Positions 31,501 through 41,923 of a stretch of DNA of 64,000 nt are shown in pieces. This DNA comes from Candidatus Cloacimonadales bacterium (lineage in GTDB: Bacteria; Cloacimonadota; Cloacimonadia; Cloacimonadales; JAIOQZ01). The first letter of the stretch is position 1. Each line of letters starts with the position of its first letter. A program made the position numbers and the translations under genes. The notes below the pieces were generated by a model. The model did no database searches. It saw nothing but the letters and a program-made list of their open reading frames with translations, and was not told where the DNA came from. The stretch lies in contig CAXXTU010000001.1 in the NCBI GenBank assembly GCA_963662655.2, positions 64,001 to 128,000 on the forward strand, given 5' to 3'.

Positions 31501-31848
31501 GGTCTTGAAAAAGCTGCGCAGGAACTGGAGGAAATCGCGAAAGATATGCGCTACAACCGGCTGGACCAAGAGCTCGTGGATCGCCAGCAACGCATCCTGT
31601 CCCGCATGCTGGACGCACAGAAATCGATTCACGACCGTGACCACTCCAAGAAACGCAAAGCGGAGGCCGGGAAGGAACAGGATTGGGAGCTCCCGGCAGA
31701 CTTGCAGTTGCGCTTCGAGGAGTTCAAGCGCAAGGCCCTCCTTCAGGATGACTACAAGGCCTACCCGAAAGAATATCAGGAAGTGATTCTGGAATATCTC
31801 CGGCAGCTCAACGAACGTTCGCTGGAGAGAAGCGGAGGTTCCGAATGA
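28579..31848 (+). CDS. DUF4175-like membrane-anchored coiled-coil protein
   Basis: N-terminal TMs, Ig-like segment (ADDFGL, LLPGD), long Q/E/M-rich coiled coil, YPKEYQEVILEY end. Confidence 0.75.
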   Translation: MEQNFEKTIHALKRKQNLVYSAYYVILAAMLALILFSVYHGGYQIVLLRGGLINELRAMFILALGVRILLALLWIYLAMQAWRSLLTPFQAARQLDDDNGDPHDTYQNAWELKQETPDHPLLERVLALADEKATSQAISPKTDALRKITFPAILVFAVTLITLFINPSALEKSWTAFQMKEYPQVRHQTHIDVLPGDKTILRNEAIDIVVVNPEPQVEYSLLYTMGEAWREVAMPEAHKRFTNTENSLRYYVKNNWAVSDTFAVEVFEQPTVTRIDVRYDFPRYTGMATETYMNTDGNLKAIDGTVATLTVETNNPIEDARIVLNDGSTNEMDRLGKTSFSVEIPIEDNGSYYFKMIDLLGSQSEKLVRSITAISDKVPEVRIAYPGRDTILTQNHLLPLKILGADDFGLDDLSLHYDVNSSGEQAIDLNTNIRNQLLDFDTVFDLTAMQLLPGDRVVYWAELTDNAPDQNSGVSKRYTVRFPSIEEIYQEIEKQEEEKRETLENTRDEARELTKEFEEKRRELMKKEEADWEDRKSLEEMMKRQENLNEQVEKVAEEYQKLAEKFNENDALSQETLQKMERIQELMEQISNDQLKQAMQKMQQAMENMKMEDMQKAMEQMKFSMEEFMQKLDQTIDLLEDIKKEQALQKSAEIAEEMLKMQQDLNQRTQEGKESPEQLGKEQEKIGEKLDNLEKQLDKTGEMLDPKKDGELQKMMEELQKMMQQDSLSKDIQESSENLQNKQMKDAMKSQQSAANKMQSMLDKMKMMQSMMSGGMQAEIGTIIQDSIARLLFFSQMHERSSRRYVRDPFVIINDQLANFEGIQLTLQKLYSVPMIALFLHPKFFSDASGTVKDYQTLFTTVNDAPNQRITANLEDIQEGINLMIYDLMQSAASMSQGQGGGMQSMMQQLQQMSGEQMMLNSLTQQLLQQMLSEGKMSGNARSELGRLAGDEERIAENMRRMMQNNPDAMKGGSGLEKAAQELEEIAKDMRYNRLDQELVDRQQRILSRMLDAQKSIHDRDHSKKRKAEAGKEQDWELPADLQLRFEEFKRKALLQDDYKAYPKEYQEVILEYLRQLNERSLERSGGSE

Positions 31849-33575
31849 AGCGATTCATCTTGATTGCGCTGCTGCTCGTAATTACGGCTGGAGCCCTCCA
31901 CGCCCAGTACGATATCACCAAAATCTATATGGAACGCGCTCGCAGCATGGAGATGCGGCGTCAATTCGACGAAGCCAACCAGATCTATCGCGAGCTGCTC
32001 AAGGATAATCCAACCCATGCTCCGGCCATTGAGAAGCTGATTCGCAATCTGCTCCTGCAATCGAAGACCGAAGATGCCTCCGAGGTCATGCAGCAATACG
32101 GAAGCGCGCTGCCGCTCGCCGCTCGCGTCCGCAACCAGCTATCGATCATCCTGAAAAACAGCGACTTCAAGGGCGCGGAGCGATACGCCAGAGAACAGGC
32201 GAAACAGCATCCGGACGATATCGCCCTGCACAGTGAAATCTCGGCGATATTCGAGGCCTACCGCGAGTATTCCAACGCGATCCACTACCTGCTGAAGGCT
32301 CGCGAGATATCCGGCATCGAAGACAGCTACCACCTGGAATTATCCAGAATGTACCAGGCCGAAGGGCAATTCGATGAAGCGATACCCGAACTCTTTGCGC
32401 AGTTGAAAAGTCAACCCGGGTATTTCCACTACGTGAACCGCCAGATCAAGGAGATGATCCTGGTGAAACCGGATATCGTGAATGTAATCAGAGATAAAAC
32501 GCTCGAAAGCGGCGATCCGCTTCTCGTCGAGATTTACGCCAAGGCGTTGATCGAAACAGGCGATTTGGACGCAGCGTTCAGGATTTACAATGACCTCGCA
32601 CCGGAGAAACTGCTCTCGTTTGCCGATGAACGCGTTGCTGCCGGCGACTACCTGCTGGCGCAACGGGCATATAACAATTTCATCGCCAAGACGCCCAATG
32701 TTCTGAATACCGCGGATGCACGTATCATGCTGGCGCGGATCGCGATCGCGCAAGACAGCCTCCGGCTGGCGGAAGAGATTTTGCAGGATATTCGAAGCAA
32801 TGCCGATCTGAGCAGGGGGTCCAATCTTTACCGCCTGAAGGCCAATCTTGAAGCTCGGGAGCTCCTCGCCAATCTGGCGTTGATTCAGCAGAAGGAATCC
32901 GACGTGGTCGTTGAATTTCTCAACGAGGCCGTCGCCTGCACGATGAATCACCGCGAGAAGAAACGAATTGGATTCGAGATCGTGAATTTCTATCTGCTGA
33001 ACAAGCAATTCGAGCAGGCGGACAACGAGCTTTCCCAGATTCTCCGCGGCGAAGAAACCGGCTCGGAGACAGAGACCACGAGCTTCTACTATCGTTTCCT
33101 TTCATATGCCTTTCAGAGCGACGCACGAGCGGATACGCTCCTCAACATGATGATCGTCCGCGATGCAGGCATGGAAAACGTGAACGACGCGCTGAACCTC
33201 ACGAACATGATCAAGGATCTTGGAGAAGAAGAACGGGCTCTGTTTCTCGACGCTTTCTGCGCGTTCAGTCTGTTCCGGTTTGACGAGGCTTTTGCGAAGA
33301 TATCTCAGCTCATCGAGAAGAGCAACGGGGAGGCGTACCGATTGCTGGCTACCGAGTGGGCCATCATGAGTGGTAGAAAGCAGTATGCACTCGAGTTACT
33401 CGAGTATCCCTACGAAAACGAGATTTACGCAGGTTACGCAAACCTCTTGAAGCTCGATTTGGCGGATACCCCGCAGCAGAAGCAGGACATCGCCATCATG
33501 TTCCTCACCGAGCACGATCAGAGCGTGTTCGCTCCAGCCGTGAGAGGCTACATTCAGACGAAATCTTCAGAATAG
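31845..33575 (+). CDS. Secreted TPR-repeat protein
   Basis: Signal peptide; helical repeats; 4-nt overlap with the upstream gene. Confidence 0.75.
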   Translation: MKRFILIALLLVITAGALHAQYDITKIYMERARSMEMRRQFDEANQIYRELLKDNPTHAPAIEKLIRNLLLQSKTEDASEVMQQYGSALPLAARVRNQLSIILKNSDFKGAERYAREQAKQHPDDIALHSEISAIFEAYREYSNAIHYLLKAREISGIEDSYHLELSRMYQAEGQFDEAIPELFAQLKSQPGYFHYVNRQIKEMILVKPDIVNVIRDKTLESGDPLLVEIYAKALIETGDLDAAFRIYNDLAPEKLLSFADERVAAGDYLLAQRAYNNFIAKTPNVLNTADARIMLARIAIAQDSLRLAEEILQDIRSNADLSRGSNLYRLKANLEARELLANLALIQQKESDVVVEFLNEAVACTMNHREKKRIGFEIVNFYLLNKQFEQADNELSQILRGEETGSETETTSFYYRFLSYAFQSDARADTLLNMMIVRDAGMENVNDALNLTNMIKDLGEEERALFLDAFCAFSLFRFDEAFAKISQLIEKSNGEAYRLLATEWAIMSGRKQYALELLEYPYENEIYAGYANLLKLDLADTPQQKQDIAIMFLTEHDQSVFAPAVRGYIQTKSSE

Positions 33576-33588
33576 TGCGGCTGCGTTC

Positions 33589-35970
33589 TTACTCCGATCG
33601 GAGGAAATCGATCAACTTCGTGCGATGCAATCTCAGCCAGTGGATGACAACGGCGGATAGAATCAACACGACAACAATGAACAATCCCATGAAGTAATCA
33701 AGCACGGTCAGGCTTACCCTACTCGCGAAACCTTCCAGCCAGCGATTCAACAAGTAGTGCGTTACCGGTATCGTGATACCGAGTGACACGCCGAGCAGGA
33801 TCATGTAATTGCGTAACATGTACTTCAGCGTATCCCAGGGCGTGGCTCCCAGCACCTGCCGTATCGCGAGATTCTTCATTTGATGACGCAATGTATAGGC
33901 TGTCAGCCCGAAGATGCCGACGAACGTGAAGAACATCCCGACGATCGCGACAAACACCATGAGTTTCATGAAATTGCGCTCGGGATCGCATTGATGGGTA
34001 ACTTCCCAGTTTGTATCGTACATCGTGGCATAGAAGAAGTTCTCGCGCGCTTTGTCCTTGAATATTTCCCATAGCTGCTGGCGCGCCGCGGTCTCCATGC
34101 CCGGAGCAATCCTGAAGTTGAAAAAGGATTCGTAGAAGTTCTGTTTGCCATATACGATGGGCTCGACATTCTTGCGCAGTCCTTCCCAGTAGGAATCTTC
34201 CACCACGCCGATAATGGGTCCGTGGTAGTATAGCATCCCTTCTCTGTCTTCGCCCATCTCGATCTCAGTTCCGAGCTCGATTCCATGATGGCCGTACAGT
34301 TTCATGAAGGCTTCATTCACTACAACGCCGGTGGTGTCATGGAAATCCCAAACCCGCCCCTGGACCACGGGGATGCGATACATATCAAAGAAATCACCGC
34401 CCAGCAACCCGAGCCTGCATTGTGAATACTGAATCCTGGACTTTGCGCTATGAATCGTCAGCTTTGTCCTTTCCAGCTTCCGCGAGGGCATGAAATTCGA
34501 GTGGGATACTTTTTCCACCCCGGGGATAACTTTCGCGCGCTCCATAACTTCATCGTGGAAGCGATCGGCATTCAGCATCAGGTAGAAGCTTGTAACGCCT
34601 TTGGGGTCATAGCCCGGGTACTTGTGATCCAGCAGGTGAATCTGCCGGATCAACAGCATCGCGCTGATTATGAGCACCAGCGAAACCGTGATCTGGGCCA
34701 GCATGGCGAGCTTCCAGTGACTTGCAGAGCGCTTTCGGTACATGATCATGCGTGCAATGAAGGAGGGATAAATTACAATGACAATTCCCGCTGCCGCCAG
34801 CCCAACGGCTATCCAGGATATCGTTTTGGCCCAGTTGATGTTCTCGATGGTGTATCCGGGAATCACGACATTCAAATATGGCAATAAAAGGTAGATCACG
34901 AACGCGGCGAGGCCGACCATTCCCAGATACAGAATCAGGTGCTCGCCGATGAACTGGCGGAAGATATCCCCTGCTCCAGCTCCAACATTACGCCGGACGT
35001 CGATCTCTTTCTTGCGGCTCATGGTACGTACCGTCAGAAGAATCATACTGTTGGTCACGAGCACCATCAGTATGGCGAACGCCACGATCGCGTATTTGAT
35101 CAATTCCCCTTTATCGAATGTCTCGAACTGGGTAACAAAAGTCTTGTCGTAATGCGTTTCATCCATGCGCACAACCCTGAACGAGAATTCCAAATCGTCT
35201 ATCATGTCTGCGATGAGAGCTCGATTCTCTTCCACAATTTTACTCGCTTCATCCGCCAATATCTGTGGATCCGTTCCTTCCTGGAGAACGACATAGGTTT
35301 GTTCCGTATAGAAGAAATCATCCGGCGATTCTATCACTGTTGTGGAATCGCCAACCTCATGATTGTAATCATAAGTGAAGTAATCGCCCTGTATGTGCTG
35401 ATTGTGCGGGACATCCTCGAAAACCCCGGAGATGGTATATCGATGAATCTTGTTTCCCTTAACGTTGAGCATTAACTGCTCACCGCGAGGATCGGTATCT
35501 CCAAATATCTGAAGCGCTCGAGAACGGGAAATGAGAAGCGCTTTACTATCTTCCAGGCAATCATCCCAAGTTCCGTAGACCATCTTGAGGTTGAGCTTTT
35601 CGGGTACGTTCTTCGAGCAGAAAATGATGTCGTTCAATGGGACGCTTTCATCGTTATGGGTGAAAAGCAGCTTGAAATCGATGGGGTTTACGATAAACCA
35701 GTCTTTGATTTGCGGCACTCTATTCCGGAGTACTTTGAAGACTTCTACCGACATCCCTGGGGAGCTGTATTCAATTTCACCGTACTGGGTCATTTCTATC
35801 CGCCAGATGTTTTTGTAATCGTGTATGTGCTCGTCCCATGAGAGCTGATACGAAATATGGATGGTCAACAGGATAAAAATCGCGATCCCGGTAACCATGC
35901 AGATGGTCAGAATCGTGCTCAGTAGTGGTTCAGTAAACCAGATACGCAGCAATCGAGGGATGTTTCTCAT
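33589..35970 (-). CDS. MacB/FtsX-type ABC permease (paralog 2)
   Basis: RKKEIDVRRNVGA and KNLAIRQVLGA FtsX motifs; start set at ATG 35970 after GGAG. Confidence 0.85.
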   Translation of the reverse strand: MRNIPRLLRIWFTEPLLSTILTICMVTGIAIFILLTIHISYQLSWDEHIHDYKNIWRIEMTQYGEIEYSSPGMSVEVFKVLRNRVPQIKDWFIVNPIDFKLLFTHNDESVPLNDIIFCSKNVPEKLNLKMVYGTWDDCLEDSKALLISRSRALQIFGDTDPRGEQLMLNVKGNKIHRYTISGVFEDVPHNQHIQGDYFTYDYNHEVGDSTTVIESPDDFFYTEQTYVVLQEGTDPQILADEASKIVEENRALIADMIDDLEFSFRVVRMDETHYDKTFVTQFETFDKGELIKYAIVAFAILMVLVTNSMILLTVRTMSRKKEIDVRRNVGAGAGDIFRQFIGEHLILYLGMVGLAAFVIYLLLPYLNVVIPGYTIENINWAKTISWIAVGLAAAGIVIVIYPSFIARMIMYRKRSASHWKLAMLAQITVSLVLIISAMLLIRQIHLLDHKYPGYDPKGVTSFYLMLNADRFHDEVMERAKVIPGVEKVSHSNFMPSRKLERTKLTIHSAKSRIQYSQCRLGLLGGDFFDMYRIPVVQGRVWDFHDTTGVVVNEAFMKLYGHHGIELGTEIEMGEDREGMLYYHGPIIGVVEDSYWEGLRKNVEPIVYGKQNFYESFFNFRIAPGMETAARQQLWEIFKDKARENFFYATMYDTNWEVTHQCDPERNFMKLMVFVAIVGMFFTFVGIFGLTAYTLRHQMKNLAIRQVLGATPWDTLKYMLRNYMILLGVSLGITIPVTHYLLNRWLEGFASRVSLTVLDYFMGLFIVVVLILSAVVIHWLRLHRTKLIDFLRSE

Positions 35971-36094
35971 AATCAACTCCAATCAACAATAATCCAAATC
36001 ATTTCTTAGCGGCATCGAAATACACTCGGAGAGAAGCGGTCCCGCTTTCCATGCATTAGGCGAGTGTATTTCGAGAGAGAAGAGCGAGCACCGA

Positions 36095-38488
36095 TCACTC
36101 GGTTCGCAAGAATTTAATCAAATTGGATCGGTAAAACCTGATCCAGTGAATCACAACAGCGAGCAGAATCAGGATGATACCAGCTATCAAAGCCGCAGCG
36201 AAATCGAGCGCTGTCAGACTGATACCGTTGCTGAAACCCTGCAACCATTTTTGCAAGAGGTAAACCGCGATGGGGATCGAAATCCCGAGCGCGATACCGA
36301 GCAGAGCAAGATAGCTTCGCAGCAGAATCCAAATCGTGTCGATCGACGATGATCCCAAGACCTTTCGAATGGCGAGGTTCTTCATTTGACGGCGCAGAGT
36401 GTAAGCCGTCAGACCGTAGATCCCCACGAATGTGAAGAACATGCCCAGCGCAGCGATGAAGACCGTCAAACGCATGAAATTCCGTTCAGGATCGTACTGG
36501 TGGGCGACTTCCCAGTCCGTATCGTACATCTCCGGGAAAAAGATGCCGGTATACGCGTTGTCTTCCAGTATTTCCATGATCTGCTTCTGAGCTTCTATCT
36601 CTCTTGACGGCGCAATCCTGAAATGATAGTAAGCGCCGATATCGCCTCCGCGTTTAAAGACAATCGGGGCGGCGGTGTAGCGCATACCGCGCCAGTAGGT
36701 ATCCTCCACAACTCCGATAATCGGCCCCTCGAACGTGGCCCCTTCCGGATCACCCGAGCCGATTTTTACATGCGTCCCCATGCCGATGCCGTGCACCGCG
36801 AATCTGTCCATGAAGGTACGGTTCACCAAAACGCCTGTCGAGTCGGAGTCCTCCCAAACATGGCCCTGCAACAGGTCGATGCGGAAGACGTCGAAGAAGT
36901 TGGCCTCGACCATCCCGAGTCCGCACTGCCGGTAGTTGCCAACGGACTTATGACCGTGGATTGTCACCGACTCCTGGAAGTAGTACATGACCGGTGTGAA
37001 ATTCAGGTAGGTTGAGGATGTAACCGATTCTACGCCCGGGATTTTCATGATCCTGTCGATATCCTCTTGTGGAAGCTGGCGTGCGCCGGCCCCAAGGTAA
37101 GAGGTGATCCCGCTCGCATCGAAGCCCGGACTGCGATCGGTGAGAAAATGAACCTGGCGGAACAGAAGAATCGCGCTGACCATCAAGATAATCGAGATGA
37201 TGAGCTGTATCAGCATGGCGAGCTTCCAGTAGTTCGTCGACCGCTTTCCGAAGTGGATCGTTCGCGCCACCAGCGCCGGATAAACGACGATGATCGCTCC
37301 GGCTGCGAGAAGCCCGAGCAATGAGACGTAAACCGTCTTCTGCCAGTTCGTGTTATCGACGGTGAATCCGGGGATAATGAGATGCAACCACGGCAGGATC
37401 GTGTGGATCAAGAAAGCGGAAAGCGCGATCATCAGGCAGTAGAGCCACAGGTGTTCCTTCACGAACTGGCGCAGAATGTCCGAACCGCTCGCGCCCATGC
37501 TTCGGCGGATGTCGATCTCCCGCCTCCGGCTCATGACACGCACCGTGAGCAGGATCATGCTGTTGGTGACCAGCACCATCAGAATCGCCAGCGCCACGAC
37601 GCCGTACTTCGTCATCTTCCTGCGATCGAACTTCGGATAGTCGAAAATCTCGTCCGTGTTGTCGTCGTAATGGATATCGTCCAGCCGTGTCACCCGGAAG
37701 GAAACCTTCTCGCCATCCGCGAGGTCTTCGATATTCCCCCGGTTCTCCTCGAATATACGGTACGCTTCGTCCACAAGGATTTGAGGATCCGTTCCTTCTT
37801 CCAGAACGGCGTAGATTTGTGTCGTAAGCCCAAAAGTGGTTGGATTCTCCCAGACCGTGGACGTTCGGTCGAGATCGTAGCGGTTCATATAGCCGTAGGC
37901 TTCGCCCTGCAAATGCTGATTTTGCGGTTGATCTTCAAACACACCCGAGATAGTCACGCGAGGCACCAACATCCCATCATCCCAAACCAGGAGCCTCTCA
38001 CCGGTAGGATCGATATCGCCGAATATCTCCTGCGCCTTCGAATGGGAGATGATCATGGATGTTTCATCCGGAAAGCAGTTGTTTCGCGTGCCGTAGACCA
38101 TCTTGAGGTCGAGCAGCTCGGGGAAATTTCTCGAGCAGTAATTGATGTTGTCGAATATGACGTTCCGATCTTCATAGATGAAACTGTGCTCGATCAGAAC
38201 CGGAAGAATCATATACCAGTCGCGAATCTGGGGTAATCTCCCCAGCATGGCCCGGAACATCTCGTTCGAGATGGTGGACGAGCGCTCGATGTTGTTCGAC
38301 TCGCGCGTCATCTGGATGCGCCAGGTGTTCTCGCAGTTCGGAAGATGTTCATCCCAGGAAAGCTGGTAGGTAATATGTATCGTCAGGAGCACAAAGACGG
38401 TGATGCCGACAACCATGCACAGCATCAGGATCAGGCTCAACAGCGATTCGGAAAGCCAGAAACGAAGAAACTTCGGGACCTTGTACAA
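36095..38488 (-). CDS. MacB/FtsX-type ABC permease (paralog 1)
   Basis: RREIDIRRSMGA and KNLAIRKVLGS; clearly homologous to the adjacent gene; TTG start. Confidence 0.85.
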   Translation of the reverse strand: MYKVPKFLRFWLSESLLSLILMLCMVVGITVFVLLTIHITYQLSWDEHLPNCENTWRIQMTRESNNIERSSTISNEMFRAMLGRLPQIRDWYMILPVLIEHSFIYEDRNVIFDNINYCSRNFPELLDLKMVYGTRNNCFPDETSMIISHSKAQEIFGDIDPTGERLLVWDDGMLVPRVTISGVFEDQPQNQHLQGEAYGYMNRYDLDRTSTVWENPTTFGLTTQIYAVLEEGTDPQILVDEAYRIFEENRGNIEDLADGEKVSFRVTRLDDIHYDDNTDEIFDYPKFDRRKMTKYGVVALAILMVLVTNSMILLTVRVMSRRREIDIRRSMGASGSDILRQFVKEHLWLYCLMIALSAFLIHTILPWLHLIIPGFTVDNTNWQKTVYVSLLGLLAAGAIIVVYPALVARTIHFGKRSTNYWKLAMLIQLIISIILMVSAILLFRQVHFLTDRSPGFDASGITSYLGAGARQLPQEDIDRIMKIPGVESVTSSTYLNFTPVMYYFQESVTIHGHKSVGNYRQCGLGMVEANFFDVFRIDLLQGHVWEDSDSTGVLVNRTFMDRFAVHGIGMGTHVKIGSGDPEGATFEGPIIGVVEDTYWRGMRYTAAPIVFKRGGDIGAYYHFRIAPSREIEAQKQIMEILEDNAYTGIFFPEMYDTDWEVAHQYDPERNFMRLTVFIAALGMFFTFVGIYGLTAYTLRRQMKNLAIRKVLGSSSIDTIWILLRSYLALLGIALGISIPIAVYLLQKWLQGFSNGISLTALDFAAALIAGIILILLAVVIHWIRFYRSNLIKFLRTE

Positions 38489-38753
38489 TCAACTCTCTCC
38501 TCAAAATCAGTGGAATAATTTCATGCAACAATTGTGCCGCATTTCTTAAAATATTGCAAATTGCAGCCTGTACATTGCAAGATAATCGGTTACGCGCTCG
38601 CTTCGGAAACCGGCGGCCGGGAAGCGCATTCGGAACCGCCGTCACACCCGGCACTACCGTTCATGGAGTGTTCGGATTCGCACGCGATGAAAAAACATAG
38701 ACAAAATCGCTCCTAATTTTTTTCTGCCGTAAGATTTCGTAATCGGAGGCGAC

Positions 38754-40853
38754 ATGCAGCGCAAAGATTTTCTTTTCGAAATCGGGGTGGAAGAAATACC
38801 GGCCGGTTTCATCGACAAAGCCATGAAAAAGCTGGAATCCTGGTTCAAGGATCAGCTCAAACAAAATATACTCTCCTATGAATCGATGTCTCTTTTCAGC
38901 ACACCAAGACGGTTCGCGATCATGATCGAGCAACTTCAGACGATGCAAGAGGATGAAGTGCTGGAGAAGATCGGCCCGGCCGAAAGGATCGCCAAAGACG
39001 CCGAAGGAAACCTTTCCAAGGCGGGACAGGGCTTCCTGAGGGGCGCCGGCGCAACGGAAGACGACATCTTCATCAAAGAAACCGACAAAGGCAACTACAT
39101 CGCGGTCCGTATCGAGAAGAAGGGGCGTCCGGCGATGGAAATCCTGCAAGAGATTTGCTCCGGCGTTCTTCGCGACTTCAATTTTCCGAAATCGATGCGC
39201 TGGAACAACCGCGATTTCTCCTTTGCGAGGCCGGTCCGCTGGCTTCTTGCGCTCCTTGGCGATGAACTGGTCCCCGTTCGCGGAGCGGGACTCGAGAGCG
39301 AGCGCTTCACATGGGGAAATCGCTGGCAGAAGCTTGAAAACAGGATCGAGATCAAATCGCCTCAGGAATACGTCGAGAAGCTGGAAGCCACATGGGTGAT
39401 CCCCCAGCGGGAAAAACGCCTCACGATCATCCGCGAACAGCTCGAAAACCTCTCTTCCGACCAAAATCTGCGAGTCATCATGGACGAACGACTCATCGAG
39501 ATCGTCACCGACCTGGTGGAACACCCTACCGTGGTGATAGCGGAATTCGACGAGCGCTTCCTGCGTCTCCCTGCGAAGATCATCACGTCCACACTATCGG
39601 AGCATCAGAAGTGCTTCGCGGCGGAGGACGCCGAAGGCAACCTGGTCAACAAATTCATCTTTATCTCCAACGGCGATCCCGAGTATTCCAATCTGATCAA
39701 GCTCGGTAACGAGAAGGTGATCCGTCCGCGCCTCAACGACGCCGAGTTCTACTACAACGAAGACACCGCGCAGCCGTTGGAGAGCTTCGTGCAGAAGCTC
39801 GAAGAGGTAACGTTCCAGGCGAAGCTCGGTAACTTGAAAGAGAAAACCGAGCGCATTCGCAACCTCTGCAATACCATGAGTGCGAAACTATCCATAGAAA
39901 GTAAAACGACCCAAGACGCGGACCGCGCAGCGCTGCTTTGCAAGGCCGACCTGGTTACAACCATGCTGGGCGAGAAGGAATTCACCAAGCTGCAAGGTTA
40001 CATTGGTGGAAAATACGCCCTCGCTTCCGGCGAATCGCCCGAAGTGGCGATCGCAATCGAAGAACATTATCTCCCGCGCGGCCAGAACGACGACCTTCCT
40101 ACAACGATCGAAGGCGCGCTTGTCGCGGTGGCGGACAAGATGGACACCGTATGCGGAATCATCGGCGTCGACATGATCCCTACCGGATCGAACGATCCTT
40201 TCGCGCTTCGCAGGGCAGCCAACGGCATCGTCCAGATCATCGACCGGTTCAGCTTTGAATTCAGCATCCTCGATCTGATCGACAGGAGCTTCGAATTGCT
40301 CGCCGGGAAACTCTCCGAGCCCAACCACAACATGAAAATCGTGCGGGAGTTCTTCCGTCAGCGCGTTGACTGGCTTCTTCAGCAGAAGAATATCGATTAC
40401 GACGTCATCGCCAGCGTGATGCACATCGACTACAGCAACATCCCCGATCTGGTTCACCGGGCACAGGCTTTGCAGAAATTCAAGACGCGCGACGACTTCG
40501 TTCATCTGGTGCTTGGCTTCAAGCGCGTATCCAACATAATCGAAGAAGCTGGCGACTTGAAAGACGTGGACACCGCCCTTCTCGCAGAACCAGCCGAAAA
40601 AGCCCTTTACGATGGCTACTTGGCACTCGAGAAGCGGATTAGCGAGCTGCTCCCCGCCAAAGACTATCTCACCTGCCTGGAAGGACTCGTCGAGTTCGGC
40701 GCAGCCATCGACAAGTTCTTTGACGACGTGCTGGTGAACACCGAAGACATACCAACAAGAAAAAACCGATACAGCCTGTTAGCCGGCATCAGGAAGCTCT
40801 TCCTGCGCATTGCCGACATCGCTAAAATCGTTGTGGAAGGAGATCAATCATGA
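38754..40853 (+). CDS. glyS: Glycine--tRNA ligase beta subunit
   Basis: FLFEIGVEEIP, STPRR, FPKSMRW, CKADL, PTGSNDPFALRR. Confidence 0.97.
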   Translation: MQRKDFLFEIGVEEIPAGFIDKAMKKLESWFKDQLKQNILSYESMSLFSTPRRFAIMIEQLQTMQEDEVLEKIGPAERIAKDAEGNLSKAGQGFLRGAGATEDDIFIKETDKGNYIAVRIEKKGRPAMEILQEICSGVLRDFNFPKSMRWNNRDFSFARPVRWLLALLGDELVPVRGAGLESERFTWGNRWQKLENRIEIKSPQEYVEKLEATWVIPQREKRLTIIREQLENLSSDQNLRVIMDERLIEIVTDLVEHPTVVIAEFDERFLRLPAKIITSTLSEHQKCFAAEDAEGNLVNKFIFISNGDPEYSNLIKLGNEKVIRPRLNDAEFYYNEDTAQPLESFVQKLEEVTFQAKLGNLKEKTERIRNLCNTMSAKLSIESKTTQDADRAALLCKADLVTTMLGEKEFTKLQGYIGGKYALASGESPEVAIAIEEHYLPRGQNDDLPTTIEGALVAVADKMDTVCGIIGVDMIPTGSNDPFALRRAANGIVQIIDRFSFEFSILDLIDRSFELLAGKLSEPNHNMKIVREFFRQRVDWLLQQKNIDYDVIASVMHIDYSNIPDLVHRAQALQKFKTRDDFVHLVLGFKRVSNIIEEAGDLKDVDTALLAEPAEKALYDGYLALEKRISELLPAKDYLTCLEGLVEFGAAIDKFFDDVLVNTEDIPTRKNRYSLLAGIRKLFLRIADIAKIVVEGDQS

Positions 40854-41839
40854 ACATTATTGAAACCCTGAGAAACAAGGCGAAGCAGAACCTTCGTACC
40901 GTCGTTCTGCCCGAAGCATTTGATGACCGTACACTCCAGGCTTGCGCCGACATCCAGCGTATGGGGTTCGCAAAGCCGATCCTGCTGGGAAACCCCGAAA
41001 CCGTTAAAGCGCAAGCCGATAAGCTTGGCGTTGACCTCGGCAATGCGAAGATCGTCGATCCAGAGAACTTCGAGAAGAACGCTGAGTTCGCGGAATACCT
41101 CTACGAAAAACGCAAAAAACGCGGGATGACGCCGGAAGTCGCAGCCGAAACCGTGAAAAACGCCCTCTTCTCGGGCGCGCTGATGGTTAAATTTGGCGTT
41201 GCAGATTGCATGGTTGCCGGTGCAGCCAACACAACCGCAGACGTCCTCCGCGCCGCGTTGCAGGTGGTAGGCGTAGCGCAGGGACTCAAGACCGTCTCCA
41301 GCGCTTTCATCATGGTCGTGCCGGACTACATGGGCGAAGACCGCATCTATCTTTTCTCCGACTGCGCTGTGGTTCCCAATCCCGATTCGGCCCAGCTCGC
41401 GGATATCGCGATGAGCACCGCGACAACCTACAAGAAACTCATCGGCAACGACCCGAGAGTCGCGCTACTTTCCTTCGCGACAAAGGGCAGCGCTCAGCAC
41501 GAACTCGTCGACAAGGTACTTGAAGCCCGTGGAATCCTCGGCGAACGACAGGTCGATTTCGAATATGACGGAGAGCTCCAGCTCGACGCGGCCGTCGTAC
41601 CGAAGATTGCTGAGAAGAAAGCTCCCGGCAGCAAAGTCGCAGGACACGCCAACGTGCTGATATTCCCCGACCTCCAGGCCGGAAACATCGGCTACAAGCT
41701 CGTACAGCGCTTTGCAAAAGCCGAAGCCATCGGTCCCGTTATCCAGGGTCTCGCAGCGCCAATCTGCGACCTCTCGCGCGGGTGCTCGGCGGAAGATATC
41801 GTCAACACATCCGTGCTGGCGTCCCTCATGTCGATCTAA
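40850..41839 (+). CDS. pta: Phosphate acetyltransferase
   Basis: VLPE, SDCAVVPNP, DGELQLDAA, FPDLQAGNIGYK, DLSRGCS. Confidence 0.97.
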   Translation: MNIIETLRNKAKQNLRTVVLPEAFDDRTLQACADIQRMGFAKPILLGNPETVKAQADKLGVDLGNAKIVDPENFEKNAEFAEYLYEKRKKRGMTPEVAAETVKNALFSGALMVKFGVADCMVAGAANTTADVLRAALQVVGVAQGLKTVSSAFIMVVPDYMGEDRIYLFSDCAVVPNPDSAQLADIAMSTATTYKKLIGNDPRVALLSFATKGSAQHELVDKVLEARGILGERQVDFEYDGELQLDAAVVPKIAEKKAPGSKVAGHANVLIFPDLQAGNIGYKLVQRFAKAEAIGPVIQGLAAPICDLSRGCSAEDIVNTSVLASLMSI

Positions 41840-41855
41840 TCATACCTTAGATACA

Positions 41856-41888
41856 GAAACGGGAACAGGTCTCCTGTTCCCGTTTTTC
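41856..41888 (+). terminator. Intrinsic terminator after pta
   Basis: aaacgggaacagg/cctgttcccgttt stem plus T-tract. Confidence 0.85.
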
Positions 41889-41923
41889 TATGCAATGTCA
41901 AACATCTGCAATTACCACCGCGA

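Noticed and set aside
38590..38660. GC-rich leader before glyS as a T-box or glycine riboswitch
   Set aside because: No T-box or glycine aptamer consensus visible; pairing is weak.
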